64,000 nt of DNA from Acidimicrobiales bacterium (lineage in GTDB: Bacteria; Actinomycetota; Acidimicrobiia; Acidimicrobiales; MedAcidi-G1). A program made the translations under genes and the position numbers. The notes below the pieces were generated by a model, which saw only the letters and a program-made list of their open reading frames with translations, had not been told where the DNA came from and ran no database searches. Where the stretch lies: the NCBI GenBank assembly GCA_014240365.1, contig JAAZXC010000001.1:2184-66183 (forward strand), read 5' to 3'. Each line of letters starts with the position of its first letter. Position 1 is the first letter of the stretch. Of this stretch, positions 41,897 to 52,178 are shown piece by piece.

Positions 41897-43335
41897 GCGC
41901 CCGGCACATGGCAGAGGCCGTCAGGTCCGGAGCCAGATCAGCACGTTCAGTGGTCGACGAGCACCTGGATGTGATCGCGGCCCGTGAGCCGGAGATCCAC
42001 GCCTTCAACGTGGTGCTTGCCGACGAGGCGCGCTTCGCCGCAGACGAGATCGACCGGCGTGTGGCAGCCGGTGAGGACCCCGGACCGCTGGCCGGCGTCC
42101 CGGTCGCCCTCAAGGACAACATGTGCACACGTGGGATCCCCACGACCTGCTCCTCGCGGATCCTCGAGGGATGGATTCCCCCCTACGACGCCACCGTCGT
42201 GGAACGCCTGGCTGCCGCTGGCGCAGTCCTGGTCGGCAAGACCAACCTGGACGAGTTTGCGATGGGCAGCTCGACGGAGAACTCGGCTTTCGGCGTGACC
42301 CGCAACCCGCTGGACACCACGAAGGTTCCGGGTGGTTCGTCGGGCGGTTCGGCAGCAGCGGTGGCGGCCGGCTTCGTGCCGCTCTCGCTGGGTAGCGACA
42401 CCGGCGGGTCGATCCGCCAACCGGCTGCGCTCTGCGGCGTGGTCGGCGTCAAGCCCACCTACGGAGCGGTGTCTCGCTACGGACTGGTGGCCTTCGCATC
42501 CAGCCTGGACCAGATCGGGCCATTCGCCCGCACGGTCTCGGACGCCGCACTGCTCCTCGAGGTGATCAGCGGGCACGACCCGCTCGACTCCACCTCCATC
42601 CCGGCGGCACCGGCCGACCTGACGTCGGTGCTGGACCGGGGCGTGGAGGGGATGCGCATCGGCATCATCGAGGAGCTCTCTGGCGACGGGCTCGAGGGCA
42701 TAGCCGGAGATGTCCAGGCCCGGCTGGGTGAGGCAGCTGCAGCGCTGGAGGCCGCCGGGGCCACGGTGGAGACCACGTCGGTCCCGTCGACGGTGTACGG
42801 GCTGTCGGCCTACTACGTGCTCGCTCCGGCCGAGGCCTCATCGAACCTGGCCCGCTACGACGGCGTGCGGTTCGGTCTACGGGTGGACGCCCCGACTTCC
42901 GGCGACATGCACACCGCCACGCGCACAGCGGGCTTCGGTGACGAGGTGAAGCGCAGGATCATGCTCGGCACCTACGCCCTCTCGGCCGGCTACTACGACG
43001 CCTACTACGGCAAGTCCCAGAAGGTCAGGACGTTGATCGTGGAGGACTTCGCCCGGGCCTACGGTCGCTACGACCTGCTCCTCAGTCCTACGAGCCCCAC
43101 CACGGCGTTCAGCATCGGCGAGAAGACCGCGGACCCGATGACCATGTACCTCACCGACGTCTGCACCATCCCGTCGAACCTGGCCGGCCACCCGTCCATG
43201 TCGGTGCCGTTCGGGGTGGGAGACGACTCAATGCCGGTCGGCGTGCAGGTTCTGGCCCCGGCCATGGGTGAGCCGGCCATGTTCAGGGCCGCGGCGGTGC
43301 TCGAGGCGGCCGCACCGCCCGGAGCGGCATCGTGA
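41893..43335 (+). CDS. gatA: Asp-tRNA(Asn)/Glu-tRNA(Gln) amidotransferase subunit A
   Basis: 480 aa. Amidase signature is [14 protein letters not shown]...[12 protein letters not shown]. Confidence 0.95.
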   Translation: MSARHMAEAVRSGARSARSVVDEHLDVIAAREPEIHAFNVVLADEARFAADEIDRRVAAGEDPGPLAGVPVALKDNMCTRGIPTTCSSRILEGWIPPYDATVVERLAAAGAVLVGKTNLDEFAMGSSTENSAFGVTRNPLDTTKVPGGSSGGSAAAVAAGFVPLSLGSDTGGSIRQPAALCGVVGVKPTYGAVSRYGLVAFASSLDQIGPFARTVSDAALLLEVISGHDPLDSTSIPAAPADLTSVLDRGVEGMRIGIIEELSGDGLEGIAGDVQARLGEAAAALEAAGATVETTSVPSTVYGLSAYYVLAPAEASSNLARYDGVRFGLRVDAPTSGDMHTATRTAGFGDEVKRRIMLGTYALSAGYYDAYYGKSQKVRTLIVEDFARAYGRYDLLLSPTSPTTAFSIGEKTADPMTMYLTDVCTIPSNLAGHPSMSVPFGVGDDSMPVGVQVLAPAMGEPAMFRAAAVLEAAAPPGAAS

Positions 43336-44774
43336 GCGTGACCGCTCCGGAGATCGTCCCCGGCTGGGAGACGGTCATCGGCCTCGAGGTGCACGCCGAG
43401 CTGGCCACGGTCACCAAGATGTTCAGCGCTGCGCCCAACCGCTTCGGCGGAGAGCCGAACACCAACATCGATCCGGTCTCGCTGGGCCTGCCCGGCACGT
43501 TGCCGGTACTCAACGGCCGTGCCGTGGAGCTGGCCATCCGGGTCGGCCTGGCGCTGAACTGCACGATCCAGCGGTCGGTGTTCGCCCGCAAGAACTACTT
43601 CTACCCGGACATGCCGAAGGACTTCCAGATCTCACAGTTCGACCTTCCGATCAACGGTGAGGGCTGGTTGGAGCTGGCCGACGGTCGTCGGATCGGCATC
43701 GAGCGAGCGCATCTCGAGGAGGACACGGGCAAGAGCACCCATGTGGGAGGTGGGGGTCGGATCCACGAGGCAGGGCACTCCCTGGTCGACTACAACCGGG
43801 CCGGCGTGCCGCTCATCGAGATCGTCGGAATGCCCGACCTGAGGGGAGCCGAGGACGCCCGCGCCTATGTCAGCGAGCTCCGTTCGATCCTCGTGGCCAT
43901 TGGCGCCTCCGACGGGAAGATGGAGGAGGGCTCCATGAGGGTGGACTGCAACGTGTCGGTCCGCCCGGTGGGCCAGGTCGAGCTGGGTACCCGCTGCGAG
44001 GTCAAGAACATCAACTCGCTGAGGTCCATGGGTCGCGCCATCGAGTACGAGGCCCGCCGCCAGGTGGACCTCCTCACCGCCGGCGAGCGCATCGAGCAGC
44101 AGACCAGGCACTGGAACGAGGACGAGGGCAGGACCCACAAGCTGCGCTCCAAGGAGGAGGCCTTCGACTACAGGTACTTCCCGGAACCGGACCTGATGCC
44201 CGTCGAGCCGTCCGAGGAGTGGATCGCCGAGATCCGTGCCGGCCTGCCGATGCTTCCCAGGGATAGGCGCCACCACCTGGCCGAGGCTGCCGGCGTGGAG
44301 ATATCAGCTACCGCCCTGACCGTGGACCGGGGTCTTGACGACCTCGCCATGGCCACGATCGACCTGGGTGCCGACGCAGGCCGGGTGCTGGTGCACGTCG
44401 AGAACAACCTGGCTGACGGGGTGGGTCTCCTGACAGCCGCATCCTTCGCAGCCCTCATCGCGCTGGAGACCGGAGGCGACCTGACCGCCACACAGGCCAA
44501 GACGGTGCTGGCCTCGGTCGTGGACGACGGTGGAGACCCGGCTGCCATCGCTGGGCAGATGGGGTTCGAGGCCATGGACTCCAGTGAGTTGGAGGCCATC
44601 GTGGACCGTCTCATCTCCGAGCATCCCGACGACTGGGCCGCCCTCACCGGGGGCGACGACAAGGAACGCAGGAAGAAGTCCGGGTTCTTCGTAGGCGAGG
44701 TCATGAAGGCCACCCGGGGCCAGGCCGACGGGCGGGCAGTCAACGAACTGCTGGCCCGACGCTCAGCCGGCTGA
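43332..44774 (+). CDS. gatB: Asp-tRNA(Asn)/Glu-tRNA(Gln) amidotransferase subunit B
   Basis: 480 aa. Motifs are [30 protein letters not shown] and a C-terminal YqeY-like tail. Confidence 0.95.
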   Translation: MSVTAPEIVPGWETVIGLEVHAELATVTKMFSAAPNRFGGEPNTNIDPVSLGLPGTLPVLNGRAVELAIRVGLALNCTIQRSVFARKNYFYPDMPKDFQISQFDLPINGEGWLELADGRRIGIERAHLEEDTGKSTHVGGGGRIHEAGHSLVDYNRAGVPLIEIVGMPDLRGAEDARAYVSELRSILVAIGASDGKMEEGSMRVDCNVSVRPVGQVELGTRCEVKNINSLRSMGRAIEYEARRQVDLLTAGERIEQQTRHWNEDEGRTHKLRSKEEAFDYRYFPEPDLMPVEPSEEWIAEIRAGLPMLPRDRRHHLAEAAGVEISATALTVDRGLDDLAMATIDLGADAGRVLVHVENNLADGVGLLTAASFAALIALETGGDLTATQAKTVLASVVDDGGDPAAIAGQMGFEAMDSSELEAIVDRLISEHPDDWAALTGGDDKERRKKSGFFVGEVMKATRGQADGRAVNELLARRSAG

Positions 44775-44787
44775 CAGCCGACACCTC

Positions 44788-46125
44788 TCAGGGCCGCTCT
44801 GCGCCCACCACCTGCCAGCGATCCCCCAGGAACCGCAGCCCCAGGATCGTCGACCGGGCGGCGAAGAACAGCCAGAAGGCCGCCCAGAGCCATCCGATGC
44901 CGAGGTCGGCCATGCGGCCGACCACCATTGCGGTGATTGCCAGCCCGGCTGCACCGACCATGGCCGTTGCCATGAAGCGCTGGTCGCCCGCCCCGATGAG
45001 GACCCCGTCGAGTGCGAAGGCCACGGCACCCAGCGGCGCCATGAGAGCCGAGTGGAGCAGCAGGAACCCGGCCACGGCCACCACGTCGGGATCCGACGTG
45101 AATATTCCCGCGACGTCACCGCGCCATATCGCCAGGACCAGACCGCCGAGTACTCCGACGGCCACCGACCAGATGATGGTCCTCGTGCCGATCCGGCGAG
45201 CCGCGGCGGTGTCGCCGGCGCCGAGGCGTTCGCCGACCATTGTCTGAGCGGCGATGGCCGCTGCGTCCATCATGAGGACCAGGAGCATCCACGTCTGGAA
45301 CGCCACCTGGTGGGCGGCCACCTCAACGTCGCCGATCCTGGCCGCGACGGCGGTTCCCACCAGGAAGGTTCCGGTGAGTGAGAGGTTGCGTACGAGGAGC
45401 TGCGAGCTGACCGTCAGGAGGCGCACGATGGACCCGGGTCGGGGTTGCAGTGGGACGCCGTGGCGACGCACCTCGCGGCCGATCCAGATGATGAAGCAGC
45501 CGGCGCCGGCCCACTGGGCGACCACGGTGGCCGCCGCCGATGCACCGATGCCCATGTCCAGCCCGAACACGAGGACGAGTTCCAGGACCAGGTTCAGGAT
45601 GGCCGTGCCCACGGCCACCCACAGCGGCCTGACGGTGTCGCGCAGCCCACGCAGGTAGCCGACCCCGGCCAGCATCAGCAGCATCGCCGGTGCTCCCAGG
45701 AGGCTGATCCGCAGGTAGGTGCCTGCGTGGCGGGCCGTCTCCCCCTCCGCTCCCAGCATCCCGATGAGGCCGTCGGACATGGTGGATCCGACCACGGCCA
45801 GGACCACGCCGAGGCCGAGGGCCAGCCAGAGGCTCTGGACGGCCTGCTCAGCTGCCCGCCGCTGTTCGCCCGCTCCGCTCAGCCGGGCGACCGCTGCGGT
45901 CGTGCCGTACGCCAGGAAGATGCAGAGGCCGTAACCGAACATGAGCGCGCCGGAGGCCACACCGAGGCCACCGAGTTGTGCAGTGCCCAGATGCCCGACG
46001 ACGGCGGTGTCGGTCAGCACGTAGAGGGGTTCGGCCAGGAGTGCTCCGAGTGCCGGTATCGCCAACCCCAGGAGCTCCCGGTCGTCGCGCCCCAGGCGGG
46101 GTCGAAAGCGGGGGTGGGCGACCAT
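44788..46125 (-). CDS. MATE family efflux transporter (DinF-like)
   Basis: Start trimmed to ATG 46125 (MVAHPRFRPRLGRDDRELLGLAIPALGALLAEPLYVLTDTAVVGHLG), because the longer track ORF runs antisense into ilvD. 12-TM profile. Confidence 0.8.
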   Translation of the reverse strand: MVAHPRFRPRLGRDDRELLGLAIPALGALLAEPLYVLTDTAVVGHLGTAQLGGLGVASGALMFGYGLCIFLAYGTTAAVARLSGAGEQRRAAEQAVQSLWLALGLGVVLAVVGSTMSDGLIGMLGAEGETARHAGTYLRISLLGAPAMLLMLAGVGYLRGLRDTVRPLWVAVGTAILNLVLELVLVFGLDMGIGASAAATVVAQWAGAGCFIIWIGREVRRHGVPLQPRPGSIVRLLTVSSQLLVRNLSLTGTFLVGTAVAARIGDVEVAAHQVAFQTWMLLVLMMDAAAIAAQTMVGERLGAGDTAAARRIGTRTIIWSVAVGVLGGLVLAIWRGDVAGIFTSDPDVVAVAGFLLLHSALMAPLGAVAFALDGVLIGAGDQRFMATAMVGAAGLAITAMVVGRMADLGIGWLWAAFWLFFAARSTILGLRFLGDRWQVVGAERP

Positions 46126-46219
46126 CTGGCGAGCGTAGGACCGCTCCAGGTCCGGGACCCCACTGCGCCATCGGGTTCCGACCGGGTGGCGGGTCGTGGC
46201 TCCGCGTAACCTCACGCCC

Positions 46220-47914
46220 ATGACTGATGCCACCCACGGAGGAATGAAGCCCCGCAGCCACGAGGTCACGGACGGCGCCAGCAGGGCGCCTGCGCGCGCC
46301 ATGCTCAGGGCGGTCGGCATGACCGAGGACGACTTCTCCAGGTCCCAGGTGGGCGTGGCGTCATCGTGGAACGAGGTGACCCCGTGCAACATGCCGTTGG
46401 CCGACCTGGCCAGGCGTTGCAAGGAGGGGGTGACCGAGGCCGGCGGCTTCCCCCTCACGTTCAACACGATCGCGGTCAGCGACGGCATCTCCATGGGTCA
46501 CGAGGGCATGCGGGCCAGCCTGGTGAGCCGTGAGATCATTGCCGACTCGGTGGAGGCGGTCATGCACGCCGAGCGCCTGGATGCCTTTGTGAGCTTTGCC
46601 GGTTGCGACAAGTCGCTGCCCGGAATGCTCATGGCCGCTGCCCGGGTCAACCTCCCGTCGGTGTTCGTATACGGCGGTTCGATCATGCCCGGCGAGCACC
46701 CGGATGGTCGGAAGCTGGACATCGTGAGCGTGTTCGAGGCCGTTGGCGCCCACGCCGTTGGCGACATCGACGACGACGAGCTGCTGTCGATCGAGCGCGC
46801 CGCCTGTCCGACCATCGGCAGCTGTGCGGGGATGTTCACGGCCAACACCATGGCGGCGGTCGGTGAGGCCATCGGAATGTCGCTTCCGGGTTCGGCCGCG
46901 GCGGCGGCGATCGATACCCGTCGGTCCGACATCGCCTTCGCCAGCGGCCACGCCGTGATGAACCTGCTGCGCCTGGGCATCCTCCCGCGCCAGATCATGT
47001 CGCGCGGTGCGTTCGAGAACGCCATTGCCGTGGTCATGGCCCTGGGAGGTTCCACGAACGCCGTGCTGCACCTCATGGCAATGGCCTTCGAGGCCGACCT
47101 CGAGTTGGAGTTGGAGGATTTCAACCGGGTGGCCGCCCGGGTCCCACATCTGGCTGACACGAAGCCGCACGGGAAGTACCACATGGTCGACATCGACCGG
47201 ATCGGCGGGGTGCCGGTGGTGATGCAGATGCTCCTGGACGAGGGGATCCTCCACGGCGACGAGATCACCGTGACCGGCCACACCGTGGCCGAGAACCTGG
47301 CAATGCTGGACGTACCGGCTCCCGACGGCGAGGTCATCCATGCCTTCGACGATCCGATCAACACCGTGGGGGGGCTGGCCATCCTCCGGGGCTCGTTGGC
47401 GCCGAAGGGTTCCGTGGTCAAGGTGGCCGGGCTGGACTTCGACCGGTTCGATGGTCGTGCCCGGGTGTTTGACGGCGAGGACCTCGCCATGGAGGCCGTG
47501 CTGGCGGGACGCATCGCAGCCGGCGACATCGTGGTCATCCGCTACGAGGGGCCCAAGGGGGGTCCCGGCATGCGCGAGATGCTGGCCATTACCGGCGCCA
47601 TGAAGGGCGCCGGCAGGGGTGGCGACGCTGCGCTCATCACCGATGGCAGGTTCTCCGGCGGAACCCACGGGTTCTGCGTGGGACACGTTGCTCCGGAGGC
47701 CGTAGACGGTGGTCCGATCGCGCTGGTCGCCGAAGGCGACCGCATCCTCATCGACGTAGCCAGCCACACCATTGACCTGCTGGTCGACGAGGCCACCCTC
47801 GAGCAGCGCCGCTCCGACCTGAAGGCCTTCGAGCCCCGCTACACCTCGGGCTTCCTGGCCAAGTACGCCGCCCTGGCCCTCGGTGCTGACAAGGGTGCGG
47901 TCACCCAGGCGTAA
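46220..47914 (+). CDS. ilvD: dihydroxy-acid dehydratase
   Basis: Start at ATG 46220 (alternative GTG 46196). Motifs are [47 protein letters not shown] and GGPGMREML. Confidence 0.9.
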   Translation: MTDATHGGMKPRSHEVTDGASRAPARAMLRAVGMTEDDFSRSQVGVASSWNEVTPCNMPLADLARRCKEGVTEAGGFPLTFNTIAVSDGISMGHEGMRASLVSREIIADSVEAVMHAERLDAFVSFAGCDKSLPGMLMAAARVNLPSVFVYGGSIMPGEHPDGRKLDIVSVFEAVGAHAVGDIDDDELLSIERAACPTIGSCAGMFTANTMAAVGEAIGMSLPGSAAAAAIDTRRSDIAFASGHAVMNLLRLGILPRQIMSRGAFENAIAVVMALGGSTNAVLHLMAMAFEADLELELEDFNRVAARVPHLADTKPHGKYHMVDIDRIGGVPVVMQMLLDEGILHGDEITVTGHTVAENLAMLDVPAPDGEVIHAFDDPINTVGGLAILRGSLAPKGSVVKVAGLDFDRFDGRARVFDGEDLAMEAVLAGRIAAGDIVVIRYEGPKGGPGMREMLAITGAMKGAGRGGDAALITDGRFSGGTHGFCVGHVAPEAVDGGPIALVAEGDRILIDVASHTIDLLVDEATLEQRRSDLKAFEPRYTSGFLAKYAALALGADKGAVTQA

Positions 47915-47929
47915 CGCCTCCTCCGCTGG

Positions 47930-48508
47930 TTACCCGCTGCCGGTCCACAGACCGGATGACCGGGCGGCGGGGAGCATCATCCACGGAGCCCTCGCCACTG
48001 CCGTCGTCGACGACTGTCGGGCCACCCATCCGGGAACATCGAGCTTCACCTGGGCCGGCACCTCCAGACCATCGCGCGGTGCCACGGCGCAGGCAGGTAG
48101 ACGCCTGAGTGCCTCGGCCATGGCCGTTTCGGCCCGCTTCGCCTCGGTTCGAGCACCCTCGCCATCCCCATCATGGTCGCCATGCCCATCCCGGTAGAAC
48201 CCCGGGTCGTGCAGCTGATGCCACTTGTCGGCTCCCATGACCACCACGTCGTAGCCAGAGGCCAGATCGACCACGAGCCTTGCATTGGAGACCTCCACCT
48301 CCAGCCAGGGGAGGTCCCCGGCGACCGATTCGAGGACGCCCTGCCGGGCCTCCACGGTCGTTCGACCGCCGCTCTCCTTTCCCAGGGGGTCACGCGACAG
48401 GACCCAGACCACGCGATCAAGGTTCCAGCGGTGCCGTGCGGCCTCGGCGATGGCCAGATGGGCCGACGTCGGAGGGTCGAAGGAACCGGGCTGGACACCG
48501 CTGCGCAC
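47930..48508 (-). CDS. cytidylyltransferase-fold protein (NadD/NMNAT-like nucleotidyltransferase)
   Basis: 192 aa. The N-terminal GSFDPPTSAH fits the GxFxPx(H/T)xxH nucleotidyltransferase motif. The rest has weak similarity and the function is uncertain. Confidence 0.55.
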   Translation of the reverse strand: MRSGVQPGSFDPPTSAHLAIAEAARHRWNLDRVVWVLSRDPLGKESGGRTTVEARQGVLESVAGDLPWLEVEVSNARLVVDLASGYDVVVMGADKWHQLHDPGFYRDGHGDHDGDGEGARTEAKRAETAMAEALRRLPACAVAPRDGLEVPAQVKLDVPGWVARQSSTTAVARAPWMMLPAARSSGLWTGSG

Positions 48509-48618
48509 ACCTCCATGCTTGCCGATCAGGCCCTTCTATGGCGCCACGGGCACGCTCGTGTGGCACCGTCGTCCCGTTGGACCGGCGGCACGGGTTCAGC
48601 GATGATCAGCGCGACGGG

Positions 48619-48648
48619 TTGTGGTAGTTGGCGCCGTCGGCGCATAAT
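48619..48648 (+). promoter_or_regulatory. candidate sigma-70-type promoter of the ilvBNC leader (TTGTGG-18 nt-CATAAT)
   Basis: -35-like TTGTGG is at 48619-48624 and -10-like CATAAT at 48643-48648. The leader-peptide ATG lies 9 nt after the -10, which is compatible with a leaderless transcript. Confidence 0.4.
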
Positions 48649-48656
48649 TGCGGTCC

Positions 48657-48707
48657 ATGCGGCCATCCACGACCACCTCGGCACCTGAGGTAGTAGTACT
48701 GTCGTAG
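48657..48707 (+). CDS. ilvBNC attenuator leader peptide (16 aa, MRPSTTTSAPEVVVLS)
   Basis: atg cgg cca tcc acg acc acc tcg gca cct gag GTA GTA GTA CTG tcg tag. It has three consecutive copies of the Val codon that is rare in this high-GC sequence, plus Leu, and sits immediately upstream of two hairpins and ilvB. Confidence 0.6.
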   Translation: MRPSTTTSAPEVVVLS

Positions 48708-48740
48708 GCACGCGTCCTCCGCCAGACGGTTGCGTGCCTC

Positions 48741-48773
48741 GACCTCCCGTAGCGGGAGGTCATTTCACTTTTC
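48741..48773 (+). terminator. intrinsic terminator (attenuator) upstream of ilvB
   Basis: GACCTCCCG-tag-CGGGAGGTC is a perfect 9-bp GC-rich stem, followed by ATTTCACTTTTCG. It is preceded by a second hairpin, aGGCACGC(48706-48713)/GCGTGCCt(48732-48739). The ilvB ATG is 29 nt downstream. Confidence 0.65.
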
Positions 48774-48801
48774 GTCACGATTCCCCGAAAGTCAGAGCCC
48801 A

Positions 48802-50544
48802 ATGGCAACAGAACAGATGGACGGCGGCAGAGCCCTTATCCGTGCCCTCGAGAATGAGGGCGTCGAGGTCATGTTCGGACTGCCGGGCGGTGCGATCCTG
48901 CCTGTCTACGACCCGATCATCGATTCGTCGATCCGGCACATCCTGGTTCGCCATGAGCAGGGCGCCGGTCACATGGCTGAGGGCTACGCACACGCCACGG
49001 GCCGCCCGGGTGTCGCCATGGTCACGTCCGGCCCGGCGGCCACGAACATCGTCACGCCGCTGTGCGACGCCTACATGGACTCGGTCCCGATTGTCGTCAT
49101 CACCGGACAGGTTCCGACCGGCGCCATCGGCACCGATGCCTTCCAGGAGTGCGACACGACCGGCATCACCCAGTCGATCACCAAGCACAACTTCCTCGTC
49201 ACCGAGGCCCAGGACATCCCGAGGACCATCAAGGAGGCGTTCCACATAGCGACCACAGGGCGCCCGGGCCCGGTACTCGTGGACATCCCGAAGGACATCG
49301 TGGATCCGCTCAACCCGCGGTCGGCCATGACGTGGACCGATGACGTCACCATCGACCTGCCGGGCTACAACCCTCAGACCGAGATCGACCCGGAGGTCAT
49401 CCGGGCCGCGGCGGAGCTCATCCGGGCCTCCGAGCGACCGGTGCTGTACGTGGGCGGTGGCATCCTCAAGGCCCGTGCCGCCGACGCTCTGCGAGAGCTG
49501 GCCGAGATGACCGGAATCAGCGTGGTCACGACGCTCATGGCACGGGGGGCCTTCCCGGACAGCCACGACCTCTGCCTCGGCATGCCGGGCATGCACGGCA
49601 ACTTCACGGCGGTCACCGCCATGCAGGAGTCCGACCTGCTCATTGCCCTGGGTGCTCGTTTCGATGACCGGGTCACCGGCCGCCTGGATGGCTTCGCTCC
49701 CGGCGCCAAGATCATCCACGCCGAGATCGACCCCGCCGAGATCGGCAAGGTCCGCCAACCAGACGTGGCCATCCTGGGTGACGTGAGACTGGCCATCGAA
49801 GCCCTCGTGGCCGAGTTGGCGACAAACGGCACCGGCGACGTCGACCGCGACGCATGGCGGTCGAAGCTGAGCGGCTGGCAGGAGCGGTTCCCGCTGGCCT
49901 ACGAGCCGTGGGTGCCCGGCGACCCCCTCAAGCCCCAGCACGTCCTCGAGTGCCTGCGCGACGGCACCCCGGACGACACCATCGTCACTTCCGGCGTCGG
50001 CCAGCACCAGATGTGGGCCAGCCAGTACTGGAAGTTCGACTATCCCTACACCTGGATCAACTCCGGTGGCCTCGGCACGATGGGCTTCTCCATCCCGGCC
50101 GCCATCGGCGCCAAGGTGGCCTTTCCGGACCGCATGGTGTGGGCCGTGGACGGCGACGGCTGCTTCCAGATGACTGCACAGGAACTGGTCACGGCGACAG
50201 TCGAGAATATTCCGATCAAGGTGGCGCTGCTAAACAATTCGCACCTCGGCATGGTCCGACAGTGGCAGGAGATGTTCTACGAGGAGCGGTACTCGGAGGT
50301 CTTCTTGTCCAAGGACGTTCCGGACTACAAGATGTGGGCCGAATCGATGGGCTGCGTGGGTATCAGGGTCGATGATCCCGAGGAGGTCGAGTCGGCCATT
50401 GCCATGGCCAACGAAATCGACGACCGCCCCGTGGTGATCGACTTCCGTGTGGACGCAGCCGAGAAGGTCTATCCGATGGTCCCATCGGGGGCCACGAACT
50501 CGGAGTTGATGGTGCCACCCTTCCAGCAGGACCAGCCCCGATGA
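48802..50544 (+). CDS. ilvB: acetolactate synthase large (catalytic) subunit
   Basis: Start trimmed to ATG 48802 (MATEQMDGGRALIRALENEGVEVMFGLPGG). The ThDP motif region is GLGTMGFSIPAAIGAK...DGDGCFQMT...NN. Confidence 0.95.
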   Translation: MATEQMDGGRALIRALENEGVEVMFGLPGGAILPVYDPIIDSSIRHILVRHEQGAGHMAEGYAHATGRPGVAMVTSGPAATNIVTPLCDAYMDSVPIVVITGQVPTGAIGTDAFQECDTTGITQSITKHNFLVTEAQDIPRTIKEAFHIATTGRPGPVLVDIPKDIVDPLNPRSAMTWTDDVTIDLPGYNPQTEIDPEVIRAAAELIRASERPVLYVGGGILKARAADALRELAEMTGISVVTTLMARGAFPDSHDLCLGMPGMHGNFTAVTAMQESDLLIALGARFDDRVTGRLDGFAPGAKIIHAEIDPAEIGKVRQPDVAILGDVRLAIEALVAELATNGTGDVDRDAWRSKLSGWQERFPLAYEPWVPGDPLKPQHVLECLRDGTPDDTIVTSGVGQHQMWASQYWKFDYPYTWINSGGLGTMGFSIPAAIGAKVAFPDRMVWAVDGDGCFQMTAQELVTATVENIPIKVALLNNSHLGMVRQWQEMFYEERYSEVFLSKDVPDYKMWAESMGCVGIRVDDPEEVESAIAMANEIDDRPVVIDFRVDAAEKVYPMVPSGATNSELMVPPFQQDQPR

Positions 50545-51062
50545 ACATCCAGGCGCCGGACTACCGGTACCACACGCTGGTCGTGACCGTGGAGAACAAG
50601 TCGGGCGTCCTGGCCCGTGTCGCCTCACTGTTCGCCCGTAGGGCGTTCAACATCGAGTCGCTGGCTGTGGCTCCGACCGACGACGATCTGTTCAGTCGGA
50701 TCACCGTGGTCGTGGACCTCGAGTCGGCTCCGCTGGACCAGATCCTCAAGCAGTTGGACAAGCTGGTAAACGTGGTGGAGATCCGTGAGCTGCACCCGGG
50801 ATACGCGGTGGAGCGCGAGCTGATGCTCGTGACGGTCTCGGCCGAGCCGGATCGCCGGGACGAGATCGTCGAGCACCTGGACAGGGCCGGCGGAAAGGTC
50901 CTCAGCGTGGGCACCGACCGCATGATGCTGTCGCTCGTCGACCTGCCCGCCCGCGTCGACGAGTTCGAAGACCTACTGCGGCCGTACGGCATCGTCGAGC
51001 TGCAGCGCACCGGCAGGGTGGCACTAGCCACCCTGGAGGACAACGACGGCCCGGGCCGGTAA
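50541..51062 (+). CDS. ilvN: acetolactate synthase small (regulatory) subunit
   Basis: 173 aa. ACT domain is [37 protein letters not shown] overlap with ilvB. Confidence 0.9.
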   Translation: MNIQAPDYRYHTLVVTVENKSGVLARVASLFARRAFNIESLAVAPTDDDLFSRITVVVDLESAPLDQILKQLDKLVNVVEIRELHPGYAVERELMLVTVSAEPDRRDEIVEHLDRAGGKVLSVGTDRMMLSLVDLPARVDEFEDLLRPYGIVELQRTGRVALATLEDNDGPGR

Positions 51063-51115
51063 CCGGGTCCAGCACGCCAGAATCCGATCCAGACCCATCA
51101 AGCCAGGAGAATCCC

Positions 51116-52147
51116 GTGGCCAACATCTACTACGAGTCCGACGCCGACCGTTCGGCGATTGCCGAACGCAGGGTTGCGATCCTGGGTTACGGCTCCCAGG
51201 GGCACGCCCACGCCCTGAACCTGAAGGAGTCCGGCATCGATGTGTGCGTCGGCCTACGTGACGGTTCCTCTTCAGCAGCCAAGGCCTCAGAGGCCGGCCT
51301 CGTCGTAAGGTCGCTTGCCGACGCCTCGGCGTGGGCTGACGTGGTCATGATCCTGCTGCCCGACACCGATCAGGCTGCCGTCTACGAGGAGCACATCGCC
51401 CCCAACCTCCAGGCCGGCGACGCCCTGGCGTTCGCCCACGGCTTCAACATCCGGTTCGACCTGATCCAGCCCCCGGCCGACGTGGACGTGATCATGATCG
51501 CCCCCAAGGGCCCCGGGCACCTGGTTCGCAGGACCTATGTGGAGGGTGGTGGCGTGCCGTGCCTCATCGCCGTCGAGCAGGACCCGTCCGGTGGCGCCAA
51601 GGCCCTGGCCCTGGCCTACGCCGATGGCCTGGGTGGTGCGCGGGCCGGCGTGATCGAGACGACGTTCACCGAGGAGTGCGAGACCGACCTGTTCGGTGAG
51701 CAGGTGGTGCTCTGCGGTGGTGTCACCGAGCTGGTCCGAAGCGCCTTTGACACCCTCGTGGACGCCGGCTACCAGCCGGAGATCTGCTACTTCGAGTGCC
51801 TCCACGAGCTGAAGCTCATCGTGGACCTCATGTACGAACAGGGCATCGGCGGGATGCGGTTCTCGGTGTCGGACACCGCCGAGTACGGCGACCTCTCCCG
51901 TGGCCCCAGGATAATCAATGACAGCGTGCGCGCAACCATGCGCGAGGTCCTATCCGAGATCCAGAGCGGCCAGTTCGCCGAGGAGTGGGTGGCCGAGGCC
52001 CACAGTGGGCGGGAGAACTTCTACCGCCTCGAGGCGGAGGGTCGCGAGCACCGCATCGAGAAGGTCGGCAGCGATCTTCGGGCGATGATGCCGTGGATCA
52101 GCGCAGGCAAGGTCTCGGTACAGGACGCATCAGGCGGCCAAGGCTGA
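51116..52147 (+). CDS. ilvC: ketol-acid reductoisomerase
   Basis: 343 aa with a GTG start. Motifs are [25 protein letters not shown] and [11 protein letters not shown]. Confidence 0.95.
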   Translation: MANIYYESDADRSAIAERRVAILGYGSQGHAHALNLKESGIDVCVGLRDGSSSAAKASEAGLVVRSLADASAWADVVMILLPDTDQAAVYEEHIAPNLQAGDALAFAHGFNIRFDLIQPPADVDVIMIAPKGPGHLVRRTYVEGGGVPCLIAVEQDPSGGAKALALAYADGLGGARAGVIETTFTEECETDLFGEQVVLCGGVTELVRSAFDTLVDAGYQPEICYFECLHELKLIVDLMYEQGIGGMRFSVSDTAEYGDLSRGPRIINDSVRATMREVLSEIQSGQFAEEWVAEAHSGRENFYRLEAEGREHRIEKVGSDLRAMMPWISAGKVSVQDASGGQG

Positions 52148-52162
52148 CCCTGACCCTGACCC
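52145..52162 (+). repeat. (TGACCC)x3 hexanucleotide repeat at the ilvC stop
   Basis: tgaccc tgaccc tgaccc. The first TGA is the ilvC stop codon, and the next two TGAs are in the same frame. Confidence 0.9.
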
Positions 52163-52178
52163 TGGGCCGCCAGCCGGG

